Assembly (NCBI GenBank): GCA_021786315.1 | Contig: JAJYNN010000003.1 | Coordinates: 67,360-131,359, forward strand | Source: a bacterium | GTDB lineage: Bacteria; Patescibacteriota; Microgenomatia; Daviesbacterales; UBA10151 | Direction: 5' to 3' | Length of the DNA stretch: 64,000 nt | Shown here: positions 1 to 8,813 of the stretch, in pieces | How the letters are laid out: each line of letters starts with the position of its first letter | How positions within the stretch are numbered: position 1 is the first letter of the stretch | The notes under the pieces: generated by a model | Seen by the model: the letters and a program-made list of their open reading frames with translations, nothing else | What the model was told of the DNA's origin: nothing | Database searches by the model: none | Translations under genes and position numbers: made by a program

Positions 1-1
1 A

Positions 2-1084
2 AAATACGGCGGCACCGAAAGGGTAGTTTCAGCCTTAACGGACGAACTGGTAAAGCGGGGACACAAGGTAACCCTGTTTGCCAGCGGTGATTCCGTCACC
101 TCCGCCAAACTGGTTTCCGTCTATCCCAAATCACTGCGGGAAATAAAGATGAAGGACCTTTACGGGCCGAACGTTTGGACAATGCTTAATATCGGGTTGG
201 CTTATTACCATTATGAAGAGTTTGATATTATCCACGACCACGTCGGCCACCCCAGCCTCCCTACGGCCAATATGTCACCCACACCTGTTGCGATGACCCT
301 TCACGGACCGTTTACCACCGAAAATAAGCGGATCTTCCAGACTTTAACCAATCCCTATTTAATCAGCATTTCCGAAGCCCAGGCTAAGTCCGGTCCTCCG
401 GGGTTAAACTATATCGGGAACGTTTACAACGGCCTGCCGATGGAAGACTACCCGTTTTCCAGGGAAAACGAGGGATATCTTCTCTTTGTCGGCAGGATCT
501 CCATGGAAAAGGGTGTCCATAATGCCATTGAGGTAGCCCAGTATCTTGATATCCCCTTAATCATTGCCGCCAAACTGGAGGCCATTGACCTCCCCTACTT
601 TAACGAATACGTCGGCCCCAGGCTTTCCGACACCGTCAGGTGGATCGGGGAGGTGGATGATGCGGAGCGTAACCGTTTAATGAGCAAAGCCCTGGCTTTC
701 TTACACCCAATTACCTGGAAGGAACCATTTGGGCTCACCATGATTGAGGCCATGGCTTGCGGCTGTCCGGTTATCGGTTTTAATAAGGGATCGGTCCCGG
801 AAGTGGTTGAGAACGGCAGATCAGGTTTCGTGGTTGCCGATATTGACGAGATGATTGATGCCGTTGACCACATTAGTTTGCTTGACCGGGAAGAGTGCCG
901 GAGATACGCGCTGGAAAAATTCAGCGCGGCCAAGATGGCGGAAGGCTATGAAAGGATGTATGAAAAGATCATCGAAGAAAAGAAGCACCGGGCAGCAAAG
1001 AAAGACCCTAAAAAAGCTGCTGGATCCGCCCAAAAAGGAGCATTTATCCCCCCAATGTCACCCGTTTTATCTCTAGAATCATAA
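2..1084 (+). CDS. Glycosyltransferase family 4 (GT-B), 5'-truncated by the window edge
   Basis: Frame is open from position 2 (KYGGTERVV...GHKVTLFASGDS). Contains FVGRISMEKG and the GT4 signature WKEPFGLTMIEAMACGCPVI. Confidence 0.9.
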   Translation, partial: KYGGTERVVSALTDELVKRGHKVTLFASGDSVTSAKLVSVYPKSLREIKMKDLYGPNVWTMLNIGLAYYHYEEFDIIHDHVGHPSLPTANMSPTPVAMTLHGPFTTENKRIFQTLTNPYLISISEAQAKSGPPGLNYIGNVYNGLPMEDYPFSRENEGYLLFVGRISMEKGVHNAIEVAQYLDIPLIIAAKLEAIDLPYFNEYVGPRLSDTVRWIGEVDDAERNRLMSKALAFLHPITWKEPFGLTMIEAMACGCPVIGFNKGSVPEVVENGRSGFVVADIDEMIDAVDHISLLDREECRRYALEKFSAAKMAEGYERMYEKIIEEKKHRAAKKDPKKAAGSAQKGAFIPPMSPVLSLES

Positions 1085-1161
1085 AACCTATAGTTAATCT
1101 ACCCCCTTGAATTGAGGTCAGTTTGTGCTAAACTGCCACCTTGTTTTAGGAGAAACTGCCC

Positions 1162-2433
1162 ATGGATAACTTAAAACTCTACCAATTAGCACACGATTCC
1201 CTTTTAAATCTGGCAACAGAAGAAGGGATTAACGCATCCGGGAAAAACGATATTTACGGTTGTGTTTTTGGCCGGGATACTGCTTTAACGGTCCTCAAAA
1301 TTTTGCGTGCCCATAAGAAACAGCCCAACACGGCGCTTTTGGAAATTAGCAAAAGAGCCCTGCTGTCTCTGGTTAAGTTGCAGGGGACGGAAGTAAATAT
1401 CGAAAGCGGGGAACAGCCCGGCAAATTTATCCACGAATTCCGCAAAACTGATTTTGGACACCTGCTTTCCGGAGAACGTCCCTGGTATGTTTACCCGGAT
1501 GGCCTGATGCGCAACTACGATTCCATCGATGCTACCCCTTTAGCCCTAATCGCTCTCTATAAATACTGGGAGGCAACCCAAGACAACGGATTTTTGCTTG
1601 CAGTGCTTCCGGCGGTGGAAGCCGGTTTAAACTGGATCGTCACTTACGGGGATATCGATAAAGACCAGCTTTTGGAATATGAATTCCCGGAAGAAAGGCG
1701 TTTTGGCGGCCTCTCTGTCCACTCCTGGACCGATTCCCATCAATCAGTTATAAGACACGACGGAACTTTTCCCGCCTACCCTATCGCCCCGATTGAAGTT
1801 CAGGGATTTGCCTGGCTGGCTTTAAAACTTTGGGGAGATTTTTACTTAACCCAATCGCCGACATTTGCCCACAAGATTATTTCTTTTGCCGATGCAGTTA
1901 AAAGAAAGTTTAACCAGAAGTTTATTTTTAAGGATTACGGAATCTACTTTGGGGCCCAGGCTTTGGATGGCAGAAAAAGCCAAATCCAAACCGTAACAGG
2001 TAACCCCCTTCTTTGTCTTTGGGCTGCCTATCAGGGAAACGGCAGGGTCGAATCTATTGTAGATGAAAGATATATCCCCGGTTTTATTAAACGAACCTTC
2101 CTTCCGGATATGTTCATCGAGGATGCAGGAATAAGGACTATGAGCGCCCTGGCTCCCAACTTTAACCCCAACCAGGATTCCTACCACAACGGCAGCTTTT
2201 GGCCCATCCTAAACGGCCTTGCTATTGAAGGGTTGGAAAATTTTGGGTTTGTCGAGGAAGCGGAGAAACTTAAAACAGCCTCTTTGAAACCCTTTGCTCA
2301 TTTTAGTTCCCCGGTGGAGTTGTACATTAGAAATGCTGAAGGGTATTCCCGATATTGCAATGCCCATGGACAAACCAGTTGCCAGGATCAAGCCTGGTCT
2401 GCTGCCGCCCTCCTAGATATGACAACTGTTTGA
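1162..2433 (+). CDS. Amylo-alpha-1,6-glucosidase / glycogen-debranching-type (alpha/alpha)6 glycoside hydrolase
   Basis: Motifs FGRD, EQPGKFIHE, YDSIDATPL, WTDS, SYHNGSFWP, QAWSAAA. AGGAG Shine-Dalgarno upstream. Confidence 0.85.
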   Translation: MDNLKLYQLAHDSLLNLATEEGINASGKNDIYGCVFGRDTALTVLKILRAHKKQPNTALLEISKRALLSLVKLQGTEVNIESGEQPGKFIHEFRKTDFGHLLSGERPWYVYPDGLMRNYDSIDATPLALIALYKYWEATQDNGFLLAVLPAVEAGLNWIVTYGDIDKDQLLEYEFPEERRFGGLSVHSWTDSHQSVIRHDGTFPAYPIAPIEVQGFAWLALKLWGDFYLTQSPTFAHKIISFADAVKRKFNQKFIFKDYGIYFGAQALDGRKSQIQTVTGNPLLCLWAAYQGNGRVESIVDERYIPGFIKRTFLPDMFIEDAGIRTMSALAPNFNPNQDSYHNGSFWPILNGLAIEGLENFGFVEEAEKLKTASLKPFAHFSSPVELYIRNAEGYSRYCNAHGQTSCQDQAWSAAALLDMTTV

Positions 2434-2467
2434 CATCCGTTATATACTATTATGACCTCTCCGAATT

Positions 2468-3868
2468 ATGCCAACTCTTAAAAAAACCATGTTCCGTGAA
2501 TACGACCTCCGGGGACGGGAAGCGGATGATGAGCTAAACGAAGAATCCATGTACCATATCGGACGCGGATTCGGAACTCATCTTAAGAGGAAGGGCATTA
2601 AGGAAGCAACAATTGGACATGATGTCCGGGCCACCTCTGAATCGTTCCATAAAAATTTTATCAAAGGCGTTACAGAATCCGGAGTAGACGTTATCAATAT
2701 CGGCAACGTTACTACCCCTATGGGCTACTGGTCGCAGCACTATTTAAATACCAAGGGCGGGGCAGTAATCACCGCCAGCCATAATCCAGTGGGTTGGAAC
2801 GGAGCGAAAATTAGCGATGATTTTTCTAAAACCATGTTTGGCGAAGAGATCCAACAGATCCACAAGATAATTGCAGATGAAGATTTTGAAAATGGCCAAG
2901 GGTCTATAATTTCCAAAGATATCAAGGAGGCCTATATTCAAGACCTGCTTTCCAAATCCAAGGTCACTAATAAATTTAAAATTTTAGTCAACACCGGAAA
3001 CGGCACTGCGGCAATTGTTGCCCCGGAGCTCTTAAGAAGAGTCGGTTGTGAAGTTATTGAGCATAATACCAATATTGACCCCACATACCCCAACTACACT
3101 CCCAATCCGGAAAATGTGGCCATGATGGAGGACACCATTGCCCAGACAATCAAACATGGATGCGACCTGGGTTTTGCTTTTGACGGGGATGGGGACAGAT
3201 TAGGTTTAGTGGATAACCAGGGACATGTTTTTGCAGCTGATATGATTTTGATTCTCCTGTCCCGGCTTTATCTAAGCCGCCATCCCGGCAACAAAGTCAT
3301 GTTCGATGTTAAAGTTTCCGAAGCCTTACCGGAAGATATTAAAGACCACGGCGGGGAGCCGATCATGTTCCGGACAGGGCATTCTTACATTAAGGCAGAG
3401 ATGAACCGTCAAAATATTTCCCTAACCGGAGAGATGAGCGGCCATATATTTTTCGGCAAGGACTTTGACTATTACGGATTTGATGATTCAATGGTTTCTG
3501 CTTTGAAGGTTTTAGAGTTTTTATCTGAACAAAACGAGCCCCTGGCGGAAATTTTTGCCAGCATCCCCCACTATATTGCTACCCCGATTATCAATGTCGA
3601 AACAGCTGATGAAGTCAAACACGATATCATTAAGCAAATCACTGCCCAATTCAAAAAGGAGGGGTATAAAGTTGTTGATGTCGACGGGGCCAGGGTTTAT
3701 GCCCATGAAGGGTGGGGGTTGGCCCGCGCCTCCAATACTACCCCCAATATTGTCTTGAGATTCGAAGCAAAATCAGAAGAACAAATAGAAAAAATTAAAG
3801 AAATTTTTCGGGAGAAACTCCAAAAATTTAAAGAGGTCAGTACTGACTGGAATTATACCGGCGGTTAA
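2468..3868 (+). CDS. Phosphomannomutase/phosphoglucomutase
   Basis: ITASHNP phosphoserine motif, FDGDGDR metal loop, GEMSGH, RASNTTP. Confidence 0.95.
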   Translation: MPTLKKTMFREYDLRGREADDELNEESMYHIGRGFGTHLKRKGIKEATIGHDVRATSESFHKNFIKGVTESGVDVINIGNVTTPMGYWSQHYLNTKGGAVITASHNPVGWNGAKISDDFSKTMFGEEIQQIHKIIADEDFENGQGSIISKDIKEAYIQDLLSKSKVTNKFKILVNTGNGTAAIVAPELLRRVGCEVIEHNTNIDPTYPNYTPNPENVAMMEDTIAQTIKHGCDLGFAFDGDGDRLGLVDNQGHVFAADMILILLSRLYLSRHPGNKVMFDVKVSEALPEDIKDHGGEPIMFRTGHSYIKAEMNRQNISLTGEMSGHIFFGKDFDYYGFDDSMVSALKVLEFLSEQNEPLAEIFASIPHYIATPIINVETADEVKHDIIKQITAQFKKEGYKVVDVDGARVYAHEGWGLARASNTTPNIVLRFEAKSEEQIEKIKEIFREKLQKFKEVSTDWNYTGG

Positions 3869-3874
3869 AAAATC

Positions 3875-4084
3875 CTAAGATTGGGGTGGGATAATTATTG
3901 CCGCCAGAATATAGGCAATAATGCCCGGGATGAATCCGGTAAAAATAGTGATAAGCACCCAGGAAAGCCGGAGGATTGTCGGGTCAATATCCAAATATTC
4001 CCCCAGACCACCAAAAACCCCGGCGACCATTCTGTCCTTGTTACTCCGGTATAACTTTTTAGAATTCCTCTTCACTTCTGCCAT
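3875..4084 (-). CDS. PspC domain protein
   Basis: KKLYRSNKDRMVAGVFGGLGEYLDIDPTILR followed by a transmembrane segment. Confidence 0.9.
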   Translation of the reverse strand: MAEVKRNSKKLYRSNKDRMVAGVFGGLGEYLDIDPTILRLSWVLITIFTGFIPGIIAYILAAIIIPPQS

Positions 4085-4566
4085 TATATACCAAAATCCC
4101 CACTATCTTGAAGACCCCCGTCATCGTCCATATGCCCGTAGAGCCCGGTCAGGCTGGTTTGGGCAATAATAGAACCCCCCATCTCTTCTTCCAACTCTTC
4201 CTTGGAAGAGCTTGATGGTAAATCTAAGGTTTTGTCTAAAGCATAAAGGTTAAAGATATAACGGTGAACCCCGGAGAGGGGACAAGGAGGCGTATAACCT
4301 GTTCCGCCGCTGCTGTTTACACCCTGTCTGGCTCCCGGAGGCACCTCCCCTTCTTCAATTTCTTCCACATCCGGATTAATATTCCATAAAACCCAATGGG
4401 TAAATGTTCCCGCTGGGGCATCCGGGTCATCGACAACCAAAGTCAGACTCCTGGCTTCCTCCGGGACATCCTCAAAAGACAAAGGCGGGCTCATACCTTC
4501 CCCGTCACAGGTGTATTCCACCGGGATATCTTCATTTTCCTCAAAAGCAGAACTGCTAATCAGCAT
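4084..4566 (-). CDS. YbhB/YbcL family (PEBP, Raf kinase inhibitor-like) protein
   Basis: DDPDAP..FTHWVLWNI and GYTPPCP.GVHRYIF motifs. Confidence 0.92.
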   Translation of the reverse strand: MLISSSAFEENEDIPVEYTCDGEGMSPPLSFEDVPEEARSLTLVVDDPDAPAGTFTHWVLWNINPDVEEIEEGEVPPGARQGVNSSGGTGYTPPCPLSGVHRYIFNLYALDKTLDLPSSSSKEELEEEMGGSIIAQTSLTGLYGHMDDDGGLQDSGDFGI

Positions 4567-4632
4567 GTAGAAAATAATACCTTAAAAGGCAAATGCTTTA
4601 CATTAATATTTCTCACCAAAATTATCTGGAAA

Positions 4633-5031
4633 TTAACGCTTTGGAGATTGTTTCTTGGCACGGGCTTTGTGGGCCAAACCATATTTTCTTCGTTCTTTTA
4701 CCCGGGCATCGCGGGTAAGCAAACCATGGTCCTTTAAGACATCGCGGAAATCAGTGGATACTCCGGCTAGCGATCGGGAAATGCCATGGACAACTGCCTG
4801 AAGCTGGGAAGCGGAACCTCCACCAACAACTTTTACCGAAGCAGTGTATTTGCCGAATGTTTTAGTCAATTCAAACGGTTTTTGGTAGGCTTTTTGCTTA
4901 ATCGGTCCACGGAAAACTTCAGCAATCGGTTTGCCGTTAACGGTAACCTGGCCCTGGCCTTCCATAAGCCGGACCCGGGCAATGGCTTCTTTTCTTCTTC
5001 CTACTGCTTGCATTGTGTGGTTAGCTTTCAT
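4633..5031 (-). CDS. rpsI: 30S ribosomal protein S9
   Basis: GRRKEAIARV; LLTRDARVKERRKYG; C-terminal QSPKR. Confidence 0.98.
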   Translation of the reverse strand: MKANHTMQAVGRRKEAIARVRLMEGQGQVTVNGKPIAEVFRGPIKQKAYQKPFELTKTFGKYTASVKVVGGGSASQLQAVVHGISRSLAGVSTDFRDVLKDHGLLTRDARVKERRKYGLAHKARAKKQSPKR

Positions 5032-5033
5032 GG

Positions 5034-5465
5034 TTATTTAGTCTCCTCTTTTTCTTCAACCATCTTTTTGAAAGGATGATCGGATCCTGCAAAAACGTGT
5101 AATTTTTTAATCATCGCCCTTCCTAATTTATTTTTAGGAAGCATGCCTTTGACTGCATGGGTAATAATAGCTTCTGGTTTGCGCTCAATTAATTCATCAA
5201 ACTTTTCTACCCTTAAACCTCCCGGATAGCCGGAGTGCCGGGTATATTTTTTCTCAGTAGCCTTATTTCCGGTAACTTTGACCTTGGCAGCATTAACCAC
5301 AACTACATTGTCACCCATATCCAGGTAAGGAACATAGTTGGGTTTTTTCTTTCCCATTAAAACAGCAGCGATATCCGTAGCCAGTCTTCCTAAAACGGCA
5401 TTTTTGGCATCCACTAATTGCCAGTCTCTTTTAATTTCTCTTGCTGATACAACGTTTGTCGACAT
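5034..5465 (-). CDS. rplM: 50S ribosomal protein L13
   Basis: [23 protein letters not shown]. Confidence 0.98.
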   Translation of the reverse strand: MSTNVVSAREIKRDWQLVDAKNAVLGRLATDIAAVLMGKKKPNYVPYLDMGDNVVVVNAAKVKVTGNKATEKKYTRHSGYPGGLRVEKFDELIERKPEAIITHAVKGMLPKNKLGRAMIKKLHVFAGSDHPFKKMVEEKEETK

Positions 5466-5965
5466 TATTTAGTCTCCTTTTTAACTCTCGGTTTTCTCAC
5501 TACTTTTTTCTCAGTCTTTTCTTCTGTTTCTTCTGCTTTTCCGACGTTCTGAGATTCTGATACGCTGACACTCTGATCTATTGATTTCTCTGATTTTCCG
5601 GTTTTCTGATCTTCTGAGATGAGCGTCATCTTTACCAACATAGCTCCGTCTCCGGCTCTGTTGCCAAGCCTCACAACTTGAGTAAAACCGGAAGCCCTGG
5701 TTTTATAGGAAGGGGCAATTTCTTCCAGTAATTTTTTGCTGACTTCTTTTTGGGGCAAGTTTGATTCAACGACTCTTCGGGAAGCGTTGGTATTTTCCCG
5801 GCCTTTAGAAATTAAGCGGTCAACCAAGCCTTTAATAGCTTTAGCTTTGGCTTCAGTGGTAGTTAAATGGCCTTGGAGGATGAGACTACGAACTAAGCCT
5901 CTAAAAAGGGCTGTTCTTTGATTTTTGTCTCTACCAAGGTGCTTACCATAGACTTTATGCCTCAC
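5465..5965 (-). CDS. rplQ: 50S ribosomal protein L17 with repeat-derived C-terminal extension
   Basis: [21 protein letters not shown]; follows rpoA. Confidence 0.97.
   Translation of the reverse strand: MRHKVYGKHLGRDKNQRTALFRGLVRSLILQGHLTTTEAKAKAIKGLVDRLISKGRENTNASRRVVESNLPQKEVSKKLLEEIAPSYKTRASGFTQVVRLGNRAGDGAMLVKMTLISEDQKTGKSEKSIDQSVSVSESQNVGKAEETEEKTEKKVVRKPRVKKETK
5540..5618. repeat. Degenerate 8/9-mer tandem repeat (core nCTCTGAT) within the rplQ 3' end
   Basis: ccgacgttctgagattctgatacgctgacactctgatctattgatttctctgattttccggttttctgatcttctgag; encodes [26 protein letters not shown]. Confidence 0.7.
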
Positions 5966-6863
5966 TTAGACTCAAACCCCTTTCCTGAAGTTTTTGGGAG
6001 ATCAAAGTCAAAGACTGTACTCCCAAATTTTTAGTTTTCAAAAGCTGGGCACGGGGTGCAGTGATCAATTTTTCCACAGTCTCGATATCCACAGCTTTTA
6101 AGGCATTGGTAATTCTGACAGGAAGATCTAACTCTTCGACACTAAGCTTTAAGACATCATCCGGGACTTTGGTTTCCTCAACCTCTTCGCCTTCAAATAC
6201 CGGCTCAAAGAGCTGCTTGAAGTAATCGCTTAAAACCTTGGCTGATTGGTTTAAAGCCTCTTCCGGTTTGACACTGCCGTCAGTGGTAATGTTCATCACC
6301 AGCTTGTCGAAGTTAGTGCTGCGGCCAACACGGGTTGGCTCAACTTTGTAATCAACTGAAATTACCGGGGTAAAGATGGAATCAATTGGCAGGACTCCGA
6401 TTTCGGAAGTTTTCTTTTCATCAGCGCCGACATACCCCACACCCTTTTCCGCAGTCATCTCAATATTTAATTTGGCGGAAGGAGTGTTCAAAGATGCAAT
6501 GTGCTGATCAGGGTTAACGATCTCTCCGCCACCCATGGCATTAATATCCCGGGCTTTGACTTCACCTTTTCCGGAAGCCTTAACAACCAATCTGATGGGC
6601 TTATCAGAAAAGATTCTCAGTTTAACCTTCTTAAGGTTCAGGATTATTTGGATAACGTCTTCCGAGATTCCCGGAATGGTGGAGAATTGATGGGAAACTC
6701 CATCGATCTTAATAGTGGAAATAGCAGCTCCTTCTAAACCGGAAAGTAACACCCGGCGCAAAACGCTGCCTAAAGTGTGGCCGAAACCTCTCTCTAAGGG
6801 TTCGATGGCAAAAGAGCCAGAATTATCAGTTTGTTCAATTGTGTTTATTTTAAAATTAATCAT
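5955..6863 (-). CDS. rpoA: DNA-directed RNA polymerase subunit alpha
   Basis: EPLERGFGHTLG..LRRVLLS, IDSIFTPV, alpha-CTD (ELDLPVRITNALK). Confidence 0.98.
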   Translation of the reverse strand: MINFKINTIEQTDNSGSFAIEPLERGFGHTLGSVLRRVLLSGLEGAAISTIKIDGVSHQFSTIPGISEDVIQIILNLKKVKLRIFSDKPIRLVVKASGKGEVKARDINAMGGGEIVNPDQHIASLNTPSAKLNIEMTAEKGVGYVGADEKKTSEIGVLPIDSIFTPVISVDYKVEPTRVGRSTNFDKLVMNITTDGSVKPEEALNQSAKVLSDYFKQLFEPVFEGEEVEETKVPDDVLKLSVEELDLPVRITNALKAVDIETVEKLITAPRAQLLKTKNLGVQSLTLISQKLQERGLSLSEA

Positions 6864-6865
6864 GG

Positions 6866-7468
6866 TTATCTACTATAATATTCAACAATCAGATGTTCGT
6901 CTATCCCCGACTCGGCCTCATCCCTATTTGGAACCCGTAAAACCTTGCCTACGGTAGCCTTTCTTTCCAGCCACTCCGGCAAGGTAGTTTGAGCATCCAA
7001 ACTTTTTCTAACCTGTGTATTATCTAACATCTTCTTCAAAATAGCAACAGTTGATCCAGGTTTGACTTGAAAGGATGGAATTGTCACTTTTTGGCCGTCA
7101 ACACTGATATGTCCGTGGGAAACCATCTGCCTGGCGCCGGCCCGGGAAGGAGAAAAACCTAAACGGTAAACAACATTATCCAGTCTGGTTTCCAAAAGCT
7201 GCATCAAAACATTCCCGGTATTACCCCTCACCTTGCTGGCAGTTTGATAATATTTGGCAAACTGTTTTTCCAAAAGGCCATAAGTCCTTTTGGCCTTTTG
7301 TTTTTCCCGGAGTTGGATACCGTATTCAGAAACTTTCCGGCGGGCACGGGGATGGACCGGTCCGGGAGGAACAGCTCCTTTTCTTTCAATGAAGGCAGCA
7401 TCTTTAGCAAATAGTGCTACACCTTCACGACGGGATAATTTTCTTTTTGGTCCGGTATAACGCGCCAT
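6866..7468 (-). CDS. rpsD: 30S ribosomal protein S4
   Basis: MARYTGP, QLREKQK, LETRLDNVVYRLGF, IVEYYSR. Confidence 0.98.
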   Translation of the reverse strand: MARYTGPKRKLSRREGVALFAKDAAFIERKGAVPPGPVHPRARRKVSEYGIQLREKQKAKRTYGLLEKQFAKYYQTASKVRGNTGNVLMQLLETRLDNVVYRLGFSPSRAGARQMVSHGHISVDGQKVTIPSFQVKPGSTVAILKKMLDNTQVRKSLDAQTTLPEWLERKATVGKVLRVPNRDEAESGIDEHLIVEYYSR

Positions 7469-7582
7469 ATAAATTTAATTTTCAATTTACAATTTTCAAT
7501 TTACAATGGATTTTCAATGTTCTTAATCTTGAAAATTTGATCATTAGTAATTACTTGAAAATTGGTTATTGATACTTGAAAA
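7469..7582. repeat. Intergenic inverted array of degenerate 7-mers (TTTTCAA arm / TTGAAAA arm)
   Basis: Left arm ttttcaa-tttacaa-ttttcaa-tttacaa; right arm ttgaaaa...ttgaaaa-ttggtta-ttgatac-ttgaaaa; between rpsK and rpsD. Confidence 0.75.
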
Positions 7583-7987
7583 TTATACCCTCCTTTTCTT
7601 TTTAGCCCTCGCACCATTGTGGGGTGTGGGAGTAACATCAGCAATTAAAGTAATATTTAACCCGGCGCTCTTTAAAGCCCGGATAGCAGCATCCCGTCCG
7701 CTCCCAGGTCCTTTGATATAAACCTCAACAGCAGACATGCCGACGCTTTTGGCTTTATTGGCCAACTTTTCCATAGCGGTAATGGCAGCAAATGGAGTAG
7801 CTTTTCTGGTGCCCTTAAATCCGGAAGCTCCGGATGAACCCCAACCCAAGGTGTTGCCTTTTTCATCGGTTAAGGTAATTAAGGTATTGTTAAATGTTGC
7901 GGTTACATAAACTCTCCCGGAAGGGATTTGTTTGTTAACGGCGCTCTTTTTAGTTGCTTTTGTTTTTATAGTTTGTTTCTTGGCCAT
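7583..7987 (-). CDS. rpsK: 30S ribosomal protein S11
   Basis: ATFNNT, GFKGTRKATPFAA, GPGSGR, DVTPTPHNG. Confidence 0.98.
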   Translation of the reverse strand: MAKKQTIKTKATKKSAVNKQIPSGRVYVTATFNNTLITLTDEKGNTLGWGSSGASGFKGTRKATPFAAITAMEKLANKAKSVGMSAVEVYIKGPGSGRDAAIRALKSAGLNITLIADVTPTPHNGARAKKKRRV

Positions 7988-7990
7988 ATA

Positions 7991-8383
7991 TTATTTTCCT
8001 CCGGTTTTGGCGACAACATCCTTTCTCACAGTTCCCACTGTCTTTCTCTTACCGCGTCGGGTCCGGCCATTAGAACGGGTTCTCTGACCTCTGGTAGGCA
8101 AACCCCGGCGGTGCCTAATTCCCCTGTAAGCTCCGATCTCTTCCAGTCTTCTGATGTTTTGGTTAATTTCCTGGATCAAATCCCCCTCAACCTTAAATTG
8201 CTCGACTGCCTTCTGGATCTTTCCAACTTCTTCCTCAGTTAAGTCCTTAATCCTTTTGGCTCCGTCAATTTTAGCATCAGCGATAACTTTTTTAACATTA
8301 GCGCGGCCAATGCCAAAGATATAGGTTAACCCTATATCGACTCTTTTTTCATCTGGTAAGTTTACTCCGGCAATTCTTATCAT
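7991..8383 (-). CDS. rpsM: 30S ribosomal protein S13
   Basis: RIAGVNLP, YRGIRHRRGLPTRGQRTR. Confidence 0.98.
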   Translation of the reverse strand: MIRIAGVNLPDEKRVDIGLTYIFGIGRANVKKVIADAKIDGAKRIKDLTEEEVGKIQKAVEQFKVEGDLIQEINQNIRRLEEIGAYRGIRHRRGLPTRGQRTRSNGRTRRGKRKTVGTVRKDVVAKTGGK

Positions 8384-8385
8384 AA

Positions 8386-8502
8386 TTATCCCTGCCTTTG
8401 CTTATGGCGGGCATCGCGTGAACAAATCACGTAAAGTACACCCTCGCGTTTAACGATTTTACAAAATTTACATCTGGCTTTAATACTTGCTTGTACTTTC
8501 AT
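8386..8502 (-). CDS. rpmJ: 50S ribosomal protein L36 (Zn-binding type; absent from the ORF track)
   Basis: Manual translation [38 protein letters not shown]; lies between infA and rpsM. Confidence 0.97.
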   Translation of the reverse strand: MKVQASIKARCKFCKIVKREGVLYVICSRDARHKQRQG

Positions 8503-8506
8503 ATCG

Positions 8507-8749
8507 TTACTTTAACCTAAAAGTAATCCTTCCTTTACTCAAGTCATATTTCGGGCTCATTTCCAGTTTTACCCTATCGCCTGCCAAAAGTTTTATATAG
8601 TGCAAGCGCATCTTGCCGGAAATATGAGCTAAAATTGTATGCCCTTCCAACTCTTTTAAATCAGGGGAGCGGTCAATGACCACCCGAAAGAGCGTGTTAG
8701 GCAATACCTCAGCTATCTTCCCTTCAACCTCAATTACGTCGTTATTCAT
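8507..8749 (-). CDS. infA: Translation initiation factor IF-1
   Basis: [37 protein letters not shown]. Confidence 0.98.
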   Translation of the reverse strand: MNNDVIEVEGKIAEVLPNTLFRVVIDRSPDLKELEGHTILAHISGKMRLHYIKLLAGDRVKLEMSPKYDLSKGRITFRLK

Positions 8750-8770
8750 ATCTTGTTCACAAGACGAACC

Positions 8771-8799
8771 ATTTTAACAAATCTAGCCTCAAATTACAA
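8771..8799 (-). promoter_or_regulatory. Putative sigma70 promoter for infA and the alpha operon
   Basis: Minus strand TTGTAA-17 nt-TAAAAT with TG extension. Confidence 0.55.
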
Positions 8800-8813
8800 T
8801 ACTATGGGCAGCA

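Noticed and set aside
7469-7582. Repeat tracts considered as CRISPR arrays
   Set aside because: Units are 7-8 nt and degenerate, with no unique spacers and no cas genes.
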